Part shown: in pieces, positions 1 through 8,067 of the stretch
Position numbering within the stretch: position 1 is the first letter of the stretch
How the letters are laid out: every line of letters begins with the position of its first letter
From: an uncultured Thermoplasmatales archaeon
Lineage (GTDB): Archaea > Thermoplasmatota > E2 > DHVEG-1
DNA length: 52,748 nt
Assembly: GCA_964406955.1 (NCBI GenBank)
Contig: CAYOTP010000003.1
Location: 1 to 52,748, forward strand
Direction of reading: 5' to 3'
Translations under genes and position numbers: made by a program
Notes under the pieces: generated by a model
What the model saw: only the letters and a program-made list of their open reading frames with translations
Told to the model about the DNA's origin: nothing
Databases searched by the model: none

Positions 1-147
1 AAGAATGAGTTTGGACTTGAAAGCGAATGGTCAACACTTCAAATAACCATGCCGAAGAACAGGGGAATAGAGCTGTTTCTTTATCGGTTTTTCAATCCCC
101 ATTTGGAATCCTTTTTTCCGCTGTTAAGATCCTTTCAGGAAATATGA
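1..147 (+). CDS. 3' end of a gene truncated by the window edge; product unknown
   Basis: Frame +1 is open from base 1 to TGA at 145-147 (...LYRFFNPHLESFFPLLRSFQEI*). No recognisable motif. Confidence 0.3.
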   Translation, partial: KNEFGLESEWSTLQITMPKNRGIELFLYRFFNPHLESFFPLLRSFQEI

Positions 148-300
148 AAAAAATAGTTTGATTGGGTTGATATGATGGCTAACTGGTTCACATCATACTG
201 ATTCTTTGTATGAAGTAGTGGTTTACTAGAAAAAATTGGTTTTTCTTTTTATTCTCATCCGAAAATCTTTTTACTGTGTAATAGTTCACACTGCCCACTT

Positions 301-1128
301 ATGGTTAAAAACATCCTAGTGATCGGTTTAACACAGCAACATGCCGGTAAGACATCATTAGCAGCAGCACTTCTTTCTTATTTTACTAAAGAAGGATATA
401 AAACTAGTGGTTTCAAACCATTTTCTGGGTATAACTACTGGTATCATTTTGATATGGCTCATCAAAGCTTATCACAGGGAAGATTATACAGTAAAGACAT
501 AGTACAACTCCAAGAACGATCAACAGTTAACACTGATATTGAACTATTCAATCCAATACACAGATTATGGAATGAACCCGCAATATATGATAGCCTTACC
601 ACTATTCCTCCGTTCATTATGGATCGATTCAGCATATATGAAAAAGAAACACTTTCCCATCATTTACTCATCAATAATCAAATAATAAGTCAGTTACCCG
701 AAGAATACAAACAAAAACTTGATAAAAAAAAGTATACCATTCATCCGATAGAAACAATACAATCAATGAACGCCCTTATTCAATCATATTATAATCAAGC
801 AATCGAAACATGTTATGAAAAACTAAAAACACAATGTGACTTCATCGTTACCGAAAGTTATGCGGATAATGCATTGTTACCATGGAATACTATGCAAGGT
901 TTCGATGTTGTTTTCGGTATCAAACCATGGGTGATTCATAAATATGATCCTGAGAAATATGTGAAAGCCGTTCAATTATCAAAACCGGTTTCAGCATGGG
1001 AGACCTCAACGGAAAAACTTTCAGATTTGCTCAAACCAATAGAACGTTTTGATCAAAATCCAGTGCTTTCAACTAAGATCATTGAACAATTAACAAAACA
1101 AGTTCCAACCATGCTAGATGATCTGTAA
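301..1128 (+). CDS. P-loop NTPase of the dethiobiotin-synthetase/CobQ-like (BioD-fold) type, function unknown
   Basis: The N-terminus ILVIGLTQQHAGKTSLAAALLSYFTKEGYKTSGFKPFSG fits the BioD-type pattern G-x5-GKT...G...KP-x-SG. The remainder is not assignable by eye. Confidence 0.45.
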   Translation: MVKNILVIGLTQQHAGKTSLAAALLSYFTKEGYKTSGFKPFSGYNYWYHFDMAHQSLSQGRLYSKDIVQLQERSTVNTDIELFNPIHRLWNEPAIYDSLTTIPPFIMDRFSIYEKETLSHHLLINNQIISQLPEEYKQKLDKKKYTIHPIETIQSMNALIQSYYNQAIETCYEKLKTQCDFIVTESYADNALLPWNTMQGFDVVFGIKPWVIHKYDPEKYVKAVQLSKPVSAWETSTEKLSDLLKPIERFDQNPVLSTKIIEQLTKQVPTMLDDL

Positions 1129-1129
1129 A

Positions 1130-1855
1130 TTAGATACGTTTTGAAAGTCGAGTAATATCCTTAGCAAAAGCAGTTGATAACAATTGAGATGGCTGACCGA
1201 TGACTGTTTCAATTTCTTTTTCGAAGGGAAGTATTGCTAAATGATCCACCCCTAAATCTTTCATGTTTTGTGCAATAAAACTACTTGGAGAATGAACCAT
1301 GTTCTCAACAACACCAAGGAGCCTATGATTTCCTTCAAGTAACATTTTTAATAGTTTTTCCACTGCTCCAAATGCAACTTTTGAAGGCGTGGTCACCACT
1401 AAAAACTCTGTTTGTGGAATATATGAGATAATGTCAAGAGTTTCATCTCCAATCCCTGGTGGAAGATCAATAATGAGATAATCAAGCTTGTCCCATCGAG
1501 TAATCGCTAATAGTTCTATGATGATATTAGTGACATCATCACCTCGAAAAGCAGCTGGTTTATCCTCAGAAAAATACACAAGGCTCATAAACCTTATATC
1601 TTCTATTTTCTGAGGGATGATCCCTTTATCTTCATCAGGGAAACCATCTGGAGAAAATCCTAAGATAAGATGAGCAGAAGGTCCGTATAGATCTAGATCA
1701 AGAAGGCCAACTTCTTTTCCTTGTTTTGCAAGCGTTAACGCTAAGGTAGAAGCAACCATGCTTTTTCCAACGCCTCCCTTTCCACTTGCTACTGCTATTA
1801 CTCTTTTTACCTGTTTTAATCTATGTTGTATGACACTAGGTCGAGGTTCCATCAT
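1130..1855 (-). CDS. Mrp/MinD-family ATPase, probable ATPase-type HypB partner of HypA
   Basis: Deviant Walker A (VASGKGGVGKS) and Walker B (LIIDLPPG). The segment ENMVHSPSS lacks the CxxC that ApbC/Nbp35 Fe-S carriers have at this position. The start overlaps the hypA stop by 1 nt (TAATG). Confidence 0.75.
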   Translation of the reverse strand: MMEPRPSVIQHRLKQVKRVIAVASGKGGVGKSMVASTLALTLAKQGKEVGLLDLDLYGPSAHLILGFSPDGFPDEDKGIIPQKIEDIRFMSLVYFSEDKPAAFRGDDVTNIIIELLAITRWDKLDYLIIDLPPGIGDETLDIISYIPQTEFLVVTTPSKVAFGAVEKLLKMLLEGNHRLLGVVENMVHSPSSFIAQNMKDLGVDHLAILPFEKEIETVIGQPSQLLSTAFAKDITRLSKRI

Positions 1856-2268
1856 TATTTCACCCCTTTTATCGAAGTGATTGTTACTCCCCGGCCCTTT
1901 GCAATGCGAAAATCAGGGCTTTTACATTTTGGACAACGAGCATGGACAAAAGCCATTTCTGGAATGAAATGAATCGCTTCTGCTTCATCATCATTAATAG
2001 TGTCTTTCATGTCCTTGAACTTCCACGTATGATCACATTGCTTGCATTGAAGCTGGGTTTCCTCTGTTTCAATATTGATTTTCACATCCTTGAACTTATC
2101 TTTATATGTTTTAACAATTTCATCTAGATTGAAACGAAAAATTTCATCTGTGATCTGTTGCAACGCTCCAAGGAGAATATTGATCTCTGTAATCTTTTTC
2201 AAATTCTCTTTTTCTGCGGCATCAATTGATGATTTAATCACCGATTCAGCTAACGCCCATTCATGCAT
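1855..2268 (-). CDS. hypA: nickel metallochaperone HypA
   Basis: Typical MHEWALAESVI N-terminus (MHE nickel site) and zinc site CKQC...CPKC. The ORF-track start at 2313 adds 15 atypical codons, so I place the start at ATG 2268. Confidence 0.85.
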   Translation of the reverse strand: MHEWALAESVIKSSIDAAEKENLKKITEINILLGALQQITDEIFRFNLDEIVKTYKDKFKDVKINIETEETQLQCKQCDHTWKFKDMKDTINDDEAEAIHFIPEMAFVHARCPKCKSPDFRIAKGRGVTITSIKGVK

Positions 2269-2380
2269 ACAAACATCTCGTATCAAGCGATTCTCTTTAA
2301 ATCTTACGAGCAAGTGTTAAATAGCCTTTCAGAGGTTTCTCATAATTATTATATAACAGCGTTATTTGTAAGGGGTTTCT

Positions 2381-3190
2381 GTGAAAAAAACAGCATTTGA
2401 AAAATTAGAACAACTTAGACAAAATCTAAGAGCCTTAGAAAACGTTGCCATTGCTTTTTCAGGTGGAGTGGACAGTAGTTTTCTTTTAAAGATCGCAAAA
2501 GACGAGTTAAACGACAAGATTATTGCTCTTACGATACAATCATCATGTTTTCCAAAAAAAGAGTTAATGGAATCAAAACAGTTTGCTAAAAGTCAGGGGG
2601 TTACTCAAATTGTTATACCAGTTAAAATCACAGATATCAAAAATTTTTCTAAAAACCCCATTGACCGTTGTTACCATTGCAAAAAAGCATTGTTTGAACA
2701 AATGAAAAAAGTTGAAAAGGAACATAACATTGTTCATCTAATCGAGGGAAGCAATCATGATGATTCCTTTGATTATCGTCCTGGGGCAAAGGCAATTGAT
2801 GAACTTGGCATACGTAGTCCATTAAAAGAGGTCGGATTGACTAAAGACGAGATCAGATTGTTATCAAAGGAACTTGGATTAGTGACGTGGGATAAACCTG
2901 CTTTTGCTTGCCTAGCTTCACGTTTTCCATATGGGACAAGGATTACTCAGTCAAAACTAAATTTAATCGAACAAGCTGAAGCGTACCTACATGACTTAGG
3001 TATAAGACAAATTCGAGTGAGATATCATGAGGATATCGCTAGAATTGAAGTGGAAAAAAAAGATTTTAACAAAATAATACATCATGCAGAAGATATCACA
3101 GAAAAATTAAAAGAACTGGGGTTTACGTATATCACTCTTGATCTTAAAGGATATAGAACAGGCAGTTTGAACGAAGGTATGATGAAATGA
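2381..3190 (+). CDS. larE: LarE, ATP-dependent sulfur transferase for nickel-pincer nucleotide (NPN) cofactor synthesis
   Basis: PP-loop FSGGVDSS. Conserved ACLASRFPYG cysteine plus an upstream CYHC pair. GTG start. 4-nt overlap with larB. Confidence 0.85.
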   Translation: MKKTAFEKLEQLRQNLRALENVAIAFSGGVDSSFLLKIAKDELNDKIIALTIQSSCFPKKELMESKQFAKSQGVTQIVIPVKITDIKNFSKNPIDRCYHCKKALFEQMKKVEKEHNIVHLIEGSNHDDSFDYRPGAKAIDELGIRSPLKEVGLTKDEIRLLSKELGLVTWDKPAFACLASRFPYGTRITQSKLNLIEQAEAYLHDLGIRQIRVRYHEDIARIEVEKKDFNKIIHHAEDITEKLKELGFTYITLDLKGYRTGSLNEGMMK

Positions 3191-3915
3191 AGGAATTACT
3201 CAAAAAGTATAAAGAAGGTAAAATTGAACTTTCAGAAGTGTTGGACGTTATCAAACAATTACCCTATGAAGATCTTGGTTTTGCAAAAATCGATAATCAT
3301 CGATTGATCCGAAAAGGATTTCCTGAAACCATCTTTTGCCAGGGAAAAACCATTCCTCAAATCATTACTATTATTAAACAGATGAATAAAGGACCTTCAA
3401 ATATACTAGCGACAAAAGCAGATGAAAAGATCTTCACTGAAGTAAAAAAACAGGTTCCAGAGGTGATCTATAACGATACAGCAAAAACAATGATACTTCA
3501 AAAACAGAAACCTGCAGTTAAAAAAGGAGTAGTATTGATCCTTACTGCAGGGACATCCGATATCCCTGTGGCTGAGGAAGCAGCAGTCACTGCCGAAATC
3601 ATGGGAAACACTGTTGAAAAGATCTATGATGTTGGTGTTGCTGGTGTTCATCGATTACTTGATATGAAGGACAAGATGGATCAAGCAACGGTTATTATTG
3701 TTATTGCAGGCATGGAAGGAGCACTTGCTAGTATTGTCGGTGGATTAACCTCAAAACCAGTTATTGCTGTTCCAACAAGTGTTGGCTATGGAGCTAGTTT
3801 CAATGGTATTGCTCCTCTTCTAACCATGATGAACAGTTGTGCTGAGGGCATTGTTGTGGTCAATATTGATAACGGGTTTGGTGCTGGATACTTTGCAAGT
3901 TTAATTAACAGGTGA
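3187..3915 (+). CDS. larB: LarB, NaAD carboxylase/hydrolase (PurE-like)
   Basis: AIR-carboxylase-like core LTAGTSDIPVAEEA...IAGMEGALASIVGG...VIAVPTSVGYG. Sits between larE and larC. Confidence 0.85.
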   Translation: MKELLKKYKEGKIELSEVLDVIKQLPYEDLGFAKIDNHRLIRKGFPETIFCQGKTIPQIITIIKQMNKGPSNILATKADEKIFTEVKKQVPEVIYNDTAKTMILQKQKPAVKKGVVLILTAGTSDIPVAEEAAVTAEIMGNTVEKIYDVGVAGVHRLLDMKDKMDQATVIIVIAGMEGALASIVGGLTSKPVIAVPTSVGYGASFNGIAPLLTMMNSCAEGIVVVNIDNGFGAGYFASLINR

Positions 3916-3920
3916 ATGCA

Positions 3921-4652
3921 ATGAAAACTGCCTATTTTGATTGCTTTTCCGGGGTCGCAGGGGATATGATCCTAGGTTGTTTCATTGATCTAGGGATGAA
4001 TAATACCTTTTTTAAAGAAGAGATAAAAAAACTAAAGCTCAAAGGATATACTATTAAGATTAAAAAAATTGAGAAAAACGGGTATGTTGCTTCAGATGTA
4101 ACTATTATCGTTAAAGCCAAACAACCACTGCGCACATTAACTGATATAGAAAAATTAATTGAAGATAGTAGTCTAAAAATACAAGTGAAAACTCTCAGTA
4201 AAAAAATATTTTATACTCTTGCAAAGGCAGAAAGTACGGTTCATAATTCTGCTATTGAAGACGTTCATTTTCATGAAGTGGGCGCGGTTGATTCCATTAT
4301 TGATATCGTTGGATCAGCAATTGGTATGGATTATTTCAATATAAACGAAGTGTATAGTTCTTCACTTCCATTGGGCAGTGGTTTTGTTTTGTGTCAACAT
4401 GGGCGACTCTCTGTTCCTACACCGGCTACGATAGAATTGTTGAAAGGGATTCCAACTTACGAATTGGATAGCGGTCATGAAATGGTGACACCTACTGGCG
4501 CTGCAATCCTTACCACCATTTGTTCACATTTTAATGAAAAACCTGAACTAATGAATAGAAAAATTGGTTACGGTGCTGGTAAAATAAAGAGTAGCCAACC
4601 TGGTGTTTTAAAAATCGTCCTAGCTGAAAAAACAAATGGAAAAAATCCTTGA
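3921..4652 (+). CDS. larC: LarC N-terminal (LarC1/DUF111) domain only, nickel insertion cyclometallase fragment
   Basis: MKTAYFDCFSGVAGDM start and HFHEVGAVDSIIDIVG motif. Ends right after GYGAGK...PGVLKIVL, where full-length LarC continues into its C-terminal domain. ATG 3921 is preferred over the track's GTG 3912. Confidence 0.8.
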   Translation: MKTAYFDCFSGVAGDMILGCFIDLGMNNTFFKEEIKKLKLKGYTIKIKKIEKNGYVASDVTIIVKAKQPLRTLTDIEKLIEDSSLKIQVKTLSKKIFYTLAKAESTVHNSAIEDVHFHEVGAVDSIIDIVGSAIGMDYFNINEVYSSSLPLGSGFVLCQHGRLSVPTPATIELLKGIPTYELDSGHEMVTPTGAAILTTICSHFNEKPELMNRKIGYGAGKIKSSQPGVLKIVLAEKTNGKNP

Positions 4653-4694
4653 TCACTAATTACAAGTATCAACTCGATTTTCCTAAAAAGCATC

Positions 4695-4703
4695 TTTTTT
4701 ATT
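4695..4703 (+). terminator. oligo-T tract downstream of larC (candidate archaeal terminator)
   Basis: TTTTTTATT lies about 45 nt after the larC stop and before the nikR promoter. Confidence 0.35.
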
Positions 4704-4734
4704 AGTTTCACCGGCAAACAAAACATTTAAAATC

Positions 4735-4763
4735 GTAGCACGAATATGATACAATTGTGCTAC
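4735..4763. promoter_or_regulatory. GTAGCAC-N15-GTGCTAC dyad abutting the nikR start; candidate NikR auto-operator
   Basis: Perfect 7-bp inverted arms at 4735-4741 and 4757-4763. The dyad ends 1 nt before ATG 4765 and lies downstream of the TATA-like TTTAAAA near 4725. Its geometry resembles the E. coli NikR 6-N16-6 site. Confidence 0.45.
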
Positions 4764-4764
4764 G

Positions 4765-5178
4765 ATGACTGAGATTATAACTAGATTCGGGGTAAGTATC
4801 GAACCAGGGCTACTGAAAAAATTCGATGAACTCATCAAACAAGAAGGCTACCAAAATAGATCAGAAGCAATCAGAGACCTCATTAGAAACTCGTTAATCG
4901 TAAACAAAAAACATAACCAAGAAAGTACTGCAATAGGGACATTAACCATGATCTATGATCATCACACTGGGAATTTAACCAATAGACTTCTCCAAATCCA
5001 ACATGATCATACTTCTGAAATCCTTACCACCACTCACATCCATATCGACCATGACAATTGTCTGGAAGTCCTCATCTTGAAAGGAAAAACCAAACACATT
5101 CAAAAACTGGCAGATAACATCAAATCATTAAAAGGAATAAAACATGGTGAATTAGTACTAACTACAAGTTCCTATTAA
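4765..5178 (+). CDS. nikR: nickel-responsive repressor NikR
   Basis: Ribbon-helix-helix N-terminus (RFGVSIEPGLLKKFDELI...RSEAIRDLIR). The C-terminal domain has H-x10-H-x-H-x5-C spacing (HDH...THIHIDHDNC), identical to the high-affinity Ni site. Confidence 0.85.
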   Translation: MTEIITRFGVSIEPGLLKKFDELIKQEGYQNRSEAIRDLIRNSLIVNKKHNQESTAIGTLTMIYDHHTGNLTNRLLQIQHDHTSEILTTTHIHIDHDNCLEVLILKGKTKHIQKLADNIKSLKGIKHGELVLTTSSY

Positions 5179-5187
5179 TGGAATAAA

Positions 5188-5397
5188 TCATTCTTGCTTA
5201 ATTGCCTCATTTAAATCTTTTACAAACGCTTTCACATCGGTTCCATGCACTGATGCAATATCTTTTAAGCTTTCAAAAGAAGCTGCAATACAACCAATGC
5301 AACCCATGTTGTATTTAGCGAAAACACTGACGGTTTCTGGATATTTATCAATAACTTCTTTGATGTTCATATCTTCGGTAATCTTTGTTTCGGTCAT
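5188..5397 (-). CDS. DUF1858 / hybrid-cluster-protein-associated redox disulfide domain protein
   Basis: 69 aa with the characteristic ...KYPETVSVFAKYNMGCIGCIAASFESL... (CxxC) layout. Confidence 0.65.
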   Translation of the reverse strand: MTETKITEDMNIKEVIDKYPETVSVFAKYNMGCIGCIAASFESLKDIASVHGTDVKAFVKDLNEAIKQE

Positions 5398-5484
5398 AAT
5401 TCATCACAACATTTTTTGTGTTGATACATAAAAGGATTATTTAATAATTACCCTTCTATCCTATAAATGAGTTGTCAACAATAC

Positions 5485-7134
5485 TTAGGGAAAAAACTTT
5501 TCCTTAATTTCTTCAAATCGGTCTTTAAAAAATGTATTATTCTTAGGAGTCCTGCAATAAATAGCATTACATTGTTTCCCAACTTTTGCAGTTAAAGGAA
5601 AACCAGCTAAATGCATCATTGGCCGAGTTGCTTTTCGTCCATGTCTCCACCGTGCATACAACCAATGGCTGGCAAAAAATGTTGATTCCAACAATCGTTT
5701 TTTCTCTGGTACCCAGAAATCGATATTATTCTTCCAACACCGTGCAATCACCTCCCATTGTAACTCTGACAAGTTGTCTAAATTTGTTCTACGTTGATTT
5801 TTTAGGATTGCTTCATTGAGAGGTATGAATAATACAGGTGTGTAAAACATCTTAGCTTGCTGGCTCTTTAAATCATCAATCAGATTGAGTGTTGCGATGA
5901 CGTCATCTTCTGTTTCGTCCGGTTGCCCAGTCATGAACGTACACAAGGGATACCAATTATGATCATTGAACAAACCAATGCCCTGTAAAACAAGTTCAGG
6001 CCAATTGTCAACGGAAAAAGGTAACGCTTTCCCTTTCATATGTTTGTTCATAAGACGGGTGCTTCCAGTTTCGATTCCCACTTCCACTGAGATAAACCGA
6101 TTTTTGTAAGACGGGTTAAATTCTGGCGACCATTTAGTCTTCTCAATCAAAATCGGTGTGAGTTCTTCTAGAATCAAGGGGTCTTTGATTATTGGTGCAA
6201 AAGACGCATGGGAAAGAAGGATGTACTCCACGCCAGGAAAATCAGCTATGGATTTATACAATTGTATGAGCGCTTCTCTATTGGGTATGAAGTTTTGTTT
6301 TGAGTTATACAGGAAAATATCTTCAGTTACTGTAAAAATCGTATCTGATCCGCCGTTAACGTTAACCTCCACTTCATTTAGAATATGATCTATTGGAAAC
6401 GAATATTTTTTCCTCATGGTGGGGCTACAAAAAGCACAGCCCCGCCCACATCCACGGGTGATTTCGACCATGCCATATGAGGCAGCATATTTTATCAAAG
6501 GGACTTGTTCTTTATTTGGTTTTTTTGAAACTACACAAGATGGAACTGATTCATTGTTAAGGATTTTTTTAAAGATATTCACAACACTTTCTTCTGCTTC
6601 ACCCTGGAAGAGAACATCTATGTTGAATTCTTCCTGTTTATCGGCTTCTTTGATCTGCCAACAACCAGCCCCTCCCACAATGACTTTTGGTTTATATTTC
6701 AAAATCGATGGGTGATGGATGAGTTTTTCAAATTCTGAGGCGTTTAATGCTTCACCTCCGAATCCAATAAGCGAATTATAGGTCGTAGAGACATATGCTA
6801 ACCCCATTGGGTCCATGGTTGAAATCCCAACAATTTTTGTCTTTGGCCCAATGAATTTATCTAATTGATCATAATGACAAGCAATAACATTTTCCTCTCC
6901 AAAAGAATCAATAAGGATCGATTGGATTTTTCTAAGTCCATAGATTGTTCTTCTCGCGGTTCCATCAGGGTTGCTTTCAAGATGAGTTATATCTTTTCTC
7001 AGTGCAACTCCTGAAAGTTTCTTTGGAAATGTGCAGATGAATGCTCGGAATGGGTTGTTATTGTATTCGTTTGCTTCTGCTCTTGATGCAGTGAGAACAA
7101 TAGGATATCCCTCATTATTTCCTCCACCCATCAT
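5485..7134 (-). CDS. radical SAM protein with N-terminal B12-binding-like domain
   Basis: CGRGCAFC (Cx3Cx2C) after ITRG. A Rossmann-like N-terminal half (KIVGISTMDP...VIVGG) is typical of class-B-like archaeal radical SAM proteins. Confidence 0.8.
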   Translation of the reverse strand: MMGGGNNEGYPIVLTASRAEANEYNNNPFRAFICTFPKKLSGVALRKDITHLESNPDGTARRTIYGLRKIQSILIDSFGEENVIACHYDQLDKFIGPKTKIVGISTMDPMGLAYVSTTYNSLIGFGGEALNASEFEKLIHHPSILKYKPKVIVGGAGCWQIKEADKQEEFNIDVLFQGEAEESVVNIFKKILNNESVPSCVVSKKPNKEQVPLIKYAASYGMVEITRGCGRGCAFCSPTMRKKYSFPIDHILNEVEVNVNGGSDTIFTVTEDIFLYNSKQNFIPNREALIQLYKSIADFPGVEYILLSHASFAPIIKDPLILEELTPILIEKTKWSPEFNPSYKNRFISVEVGIETGSTRLMNKHMKGKALPFSVDNWPELVLQGIGLFNDHNWYPLCTFMTGQPDETEDDVIATLNLIDDLKSQQAKMFYTPVLFIPLNEAILKNQRRTNLDNLSELQWEVIARCWKNNIDFWVPEKKRLLESTFFASHWLYARWRHGRKATRPMMHLAGFPLTAKVGKQCNAIYCRTPKNNTFFKDRFEEIKEKFFP

Positions 7135-7142
7135 AAATGCTT

Positions 7143-7478
7143 TTACCCCATTACAAGTTTTTTAATTATAGGATCTGCTATGGTATTTTGGAGTTGATTA
7201 AGTAATTCTTTCCATGTCATCGATCCGGCAGACCAATGGATCAAATCTTTTTTATGTAAAGATAATACTTTCAAAAAGCCCTGCCAATTATATCCTTCCT
7301 CCTTAAGTTTAATTGACCACCCTCCTTCTTTCCAAAGGTAACTGGGAAGCTTATTGCCAAACCATATGGTCAACGAATCGAATTTTTGCCCAATTTCTTT
7401 CTTTTGAATTTGTAATTGTTTTTTGAGTGTTTTTGGTTCAGGAGGAATAGACCATTTCATTTTATTACCCATATACAT
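7143..7478 (-). CDS. hypothetical Trp-rich small protein, 8 nt upstream of the radical SAM gene
   Basis: ORF of 111 codons with 7 Trp and no recognisable motif. Start choice is uncertain (several Met in the first 7 codons). Confidence 0.45.
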   Translation of the reverse strand: MYMGNKMKWSIPPEPKTLKKQLQIQKKEIGQKFDSLTIWFGNKLPSYLWKEGGWSIKLKEEGYNWQGFLKVLSLHKKDLIHWSAGSMTWKELLNQLQNTIADPIIKKLVMG

Positions 7479-7542
7479 AGTATATAGTATATGATATTAT
7501 TGATGAATTTAAATATATTGTGATAGTGTTGAGGGATCATAT

Positions 7543-7558
7543 AGTTGTGCACGCAACT
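7543..7558. promoter_or_regulatory. 16-bp palindrome AGTTGTGCACGCAACT, candidate MarR operator 1
   Basis: AGTTG/CAACT arms. A near-identical second copy lies 43 bp downstream. Both sit upstream of marR. Confidence 0.55.
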
Positions 7559-7585
7559 TTTAAATACATCAAAAGGATAATATAA

Positions 7586-7601
7586 AGTTGCACATGCAAC
7601 T
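7586..7601. promoter_or_regulatory. 16-bp palindrome AGTTGCACATGCAACT, candidate MarR operator 2
   Basis: Perfect 7-2-7 palindrome immediately after the TATA-like AATATAAA (7578-7585), 27 nt before ATG 7628, so it overlaps the expected transcription start. Confidence 0.55.
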
Positions 7602-7627
7602 AAAAAATTAAAATAACGTGAATATCT

Positions 7628-8059
7628 ATGAATCAACCAAAATCAGTAGGTCGATACATCTCCTGCATTCATCGAAATTTTCACAAACACATGCAAGAGG
7701 AACTTCAACGATACGACATAGGAAGCGGACAATTTCATTTTCTCATGATGCTCTACCAAAAAGACGGTGTCAACCAAGAAACTCTTGCTGAACGACTCAA
7801 CCTTGATAAAGCAACCTCTGCAAGAGCCATCAAAAAACTAGAAGAAAACGGATTTGTAACAAGAGTAAGAAACAACAAAGATAAAAGAAACTACACTATC
7901 CTCCTTACAGAAAAAGCTAAAAAACTCAAGCCGAAAATAAAAAAAATACTCAAAAAATGGACAGAACATCTTCTAACCGGCATCTCAAAAGAGGATGAAA
8001 ACCGCTTATATTTCATCCTTGAAAAAATGGCACAAAATGCAGAAAACAAAATAATCTGA
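7628..8059 (+). CDS. MarR-family transcriptional regulator
   Basis: Winged-helix signature ...QETLAERLNLDKATSARAIKKLEENGFVTRVRNNKDKRNYTILLTEKA... Confidence 0.85.
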   Translation: MNQPKSVGRYISCIHRNFHKHMQEELQRYDIGSGQFHFLMMLYQKDGVNQETLAERLNLDKATSARAIKKLEENGFVTRVRNNKDKRNYTILLTEKAKKLKPKIKKILKKWTEHLLTGISKEDENRLYFILEKMAQNAENKII

Positions 8060-8067
8060 GGAAAACG

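Noticed and set aside
171-197. TATGATG-N13-CATCATA hairpin with a nearby CTGA; considered as a C/D-box sRNA or terminator
   Set aside because: It is far too short for a C/D sRNA, has an imperfect C box (ATGATGG), a weak 7-bp AT-rich stem, and no supporting features.
2277-2310. CTCGTA-N22-TACGAG inverted repeat bracketing a TTTAAA box upstream of hypA; considered as a NikR site
   Set aside because: The arms are only 6 bp with a long spacer. Roughly one such pair is expected by chance in a spacer of this size, and the half-sites do not resemble the nikR dyad.
2269-2313. 15-codon N-terminal extension of hypA in the ORF track (MLVRFKENRLIRDVC)
   Set aside because: HypA proteins start with MHE, which provides the nickel-binding N-terminus. 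The extension would bury it, and it overlaps the likely promoter.
1942-2320. Two plus-strand ORFs (61 and 81 aa) antisense to hypA
   Set aside because: They are antisense to a motif-supported hypA, and the peptides are hydrophobic and low-complexity.
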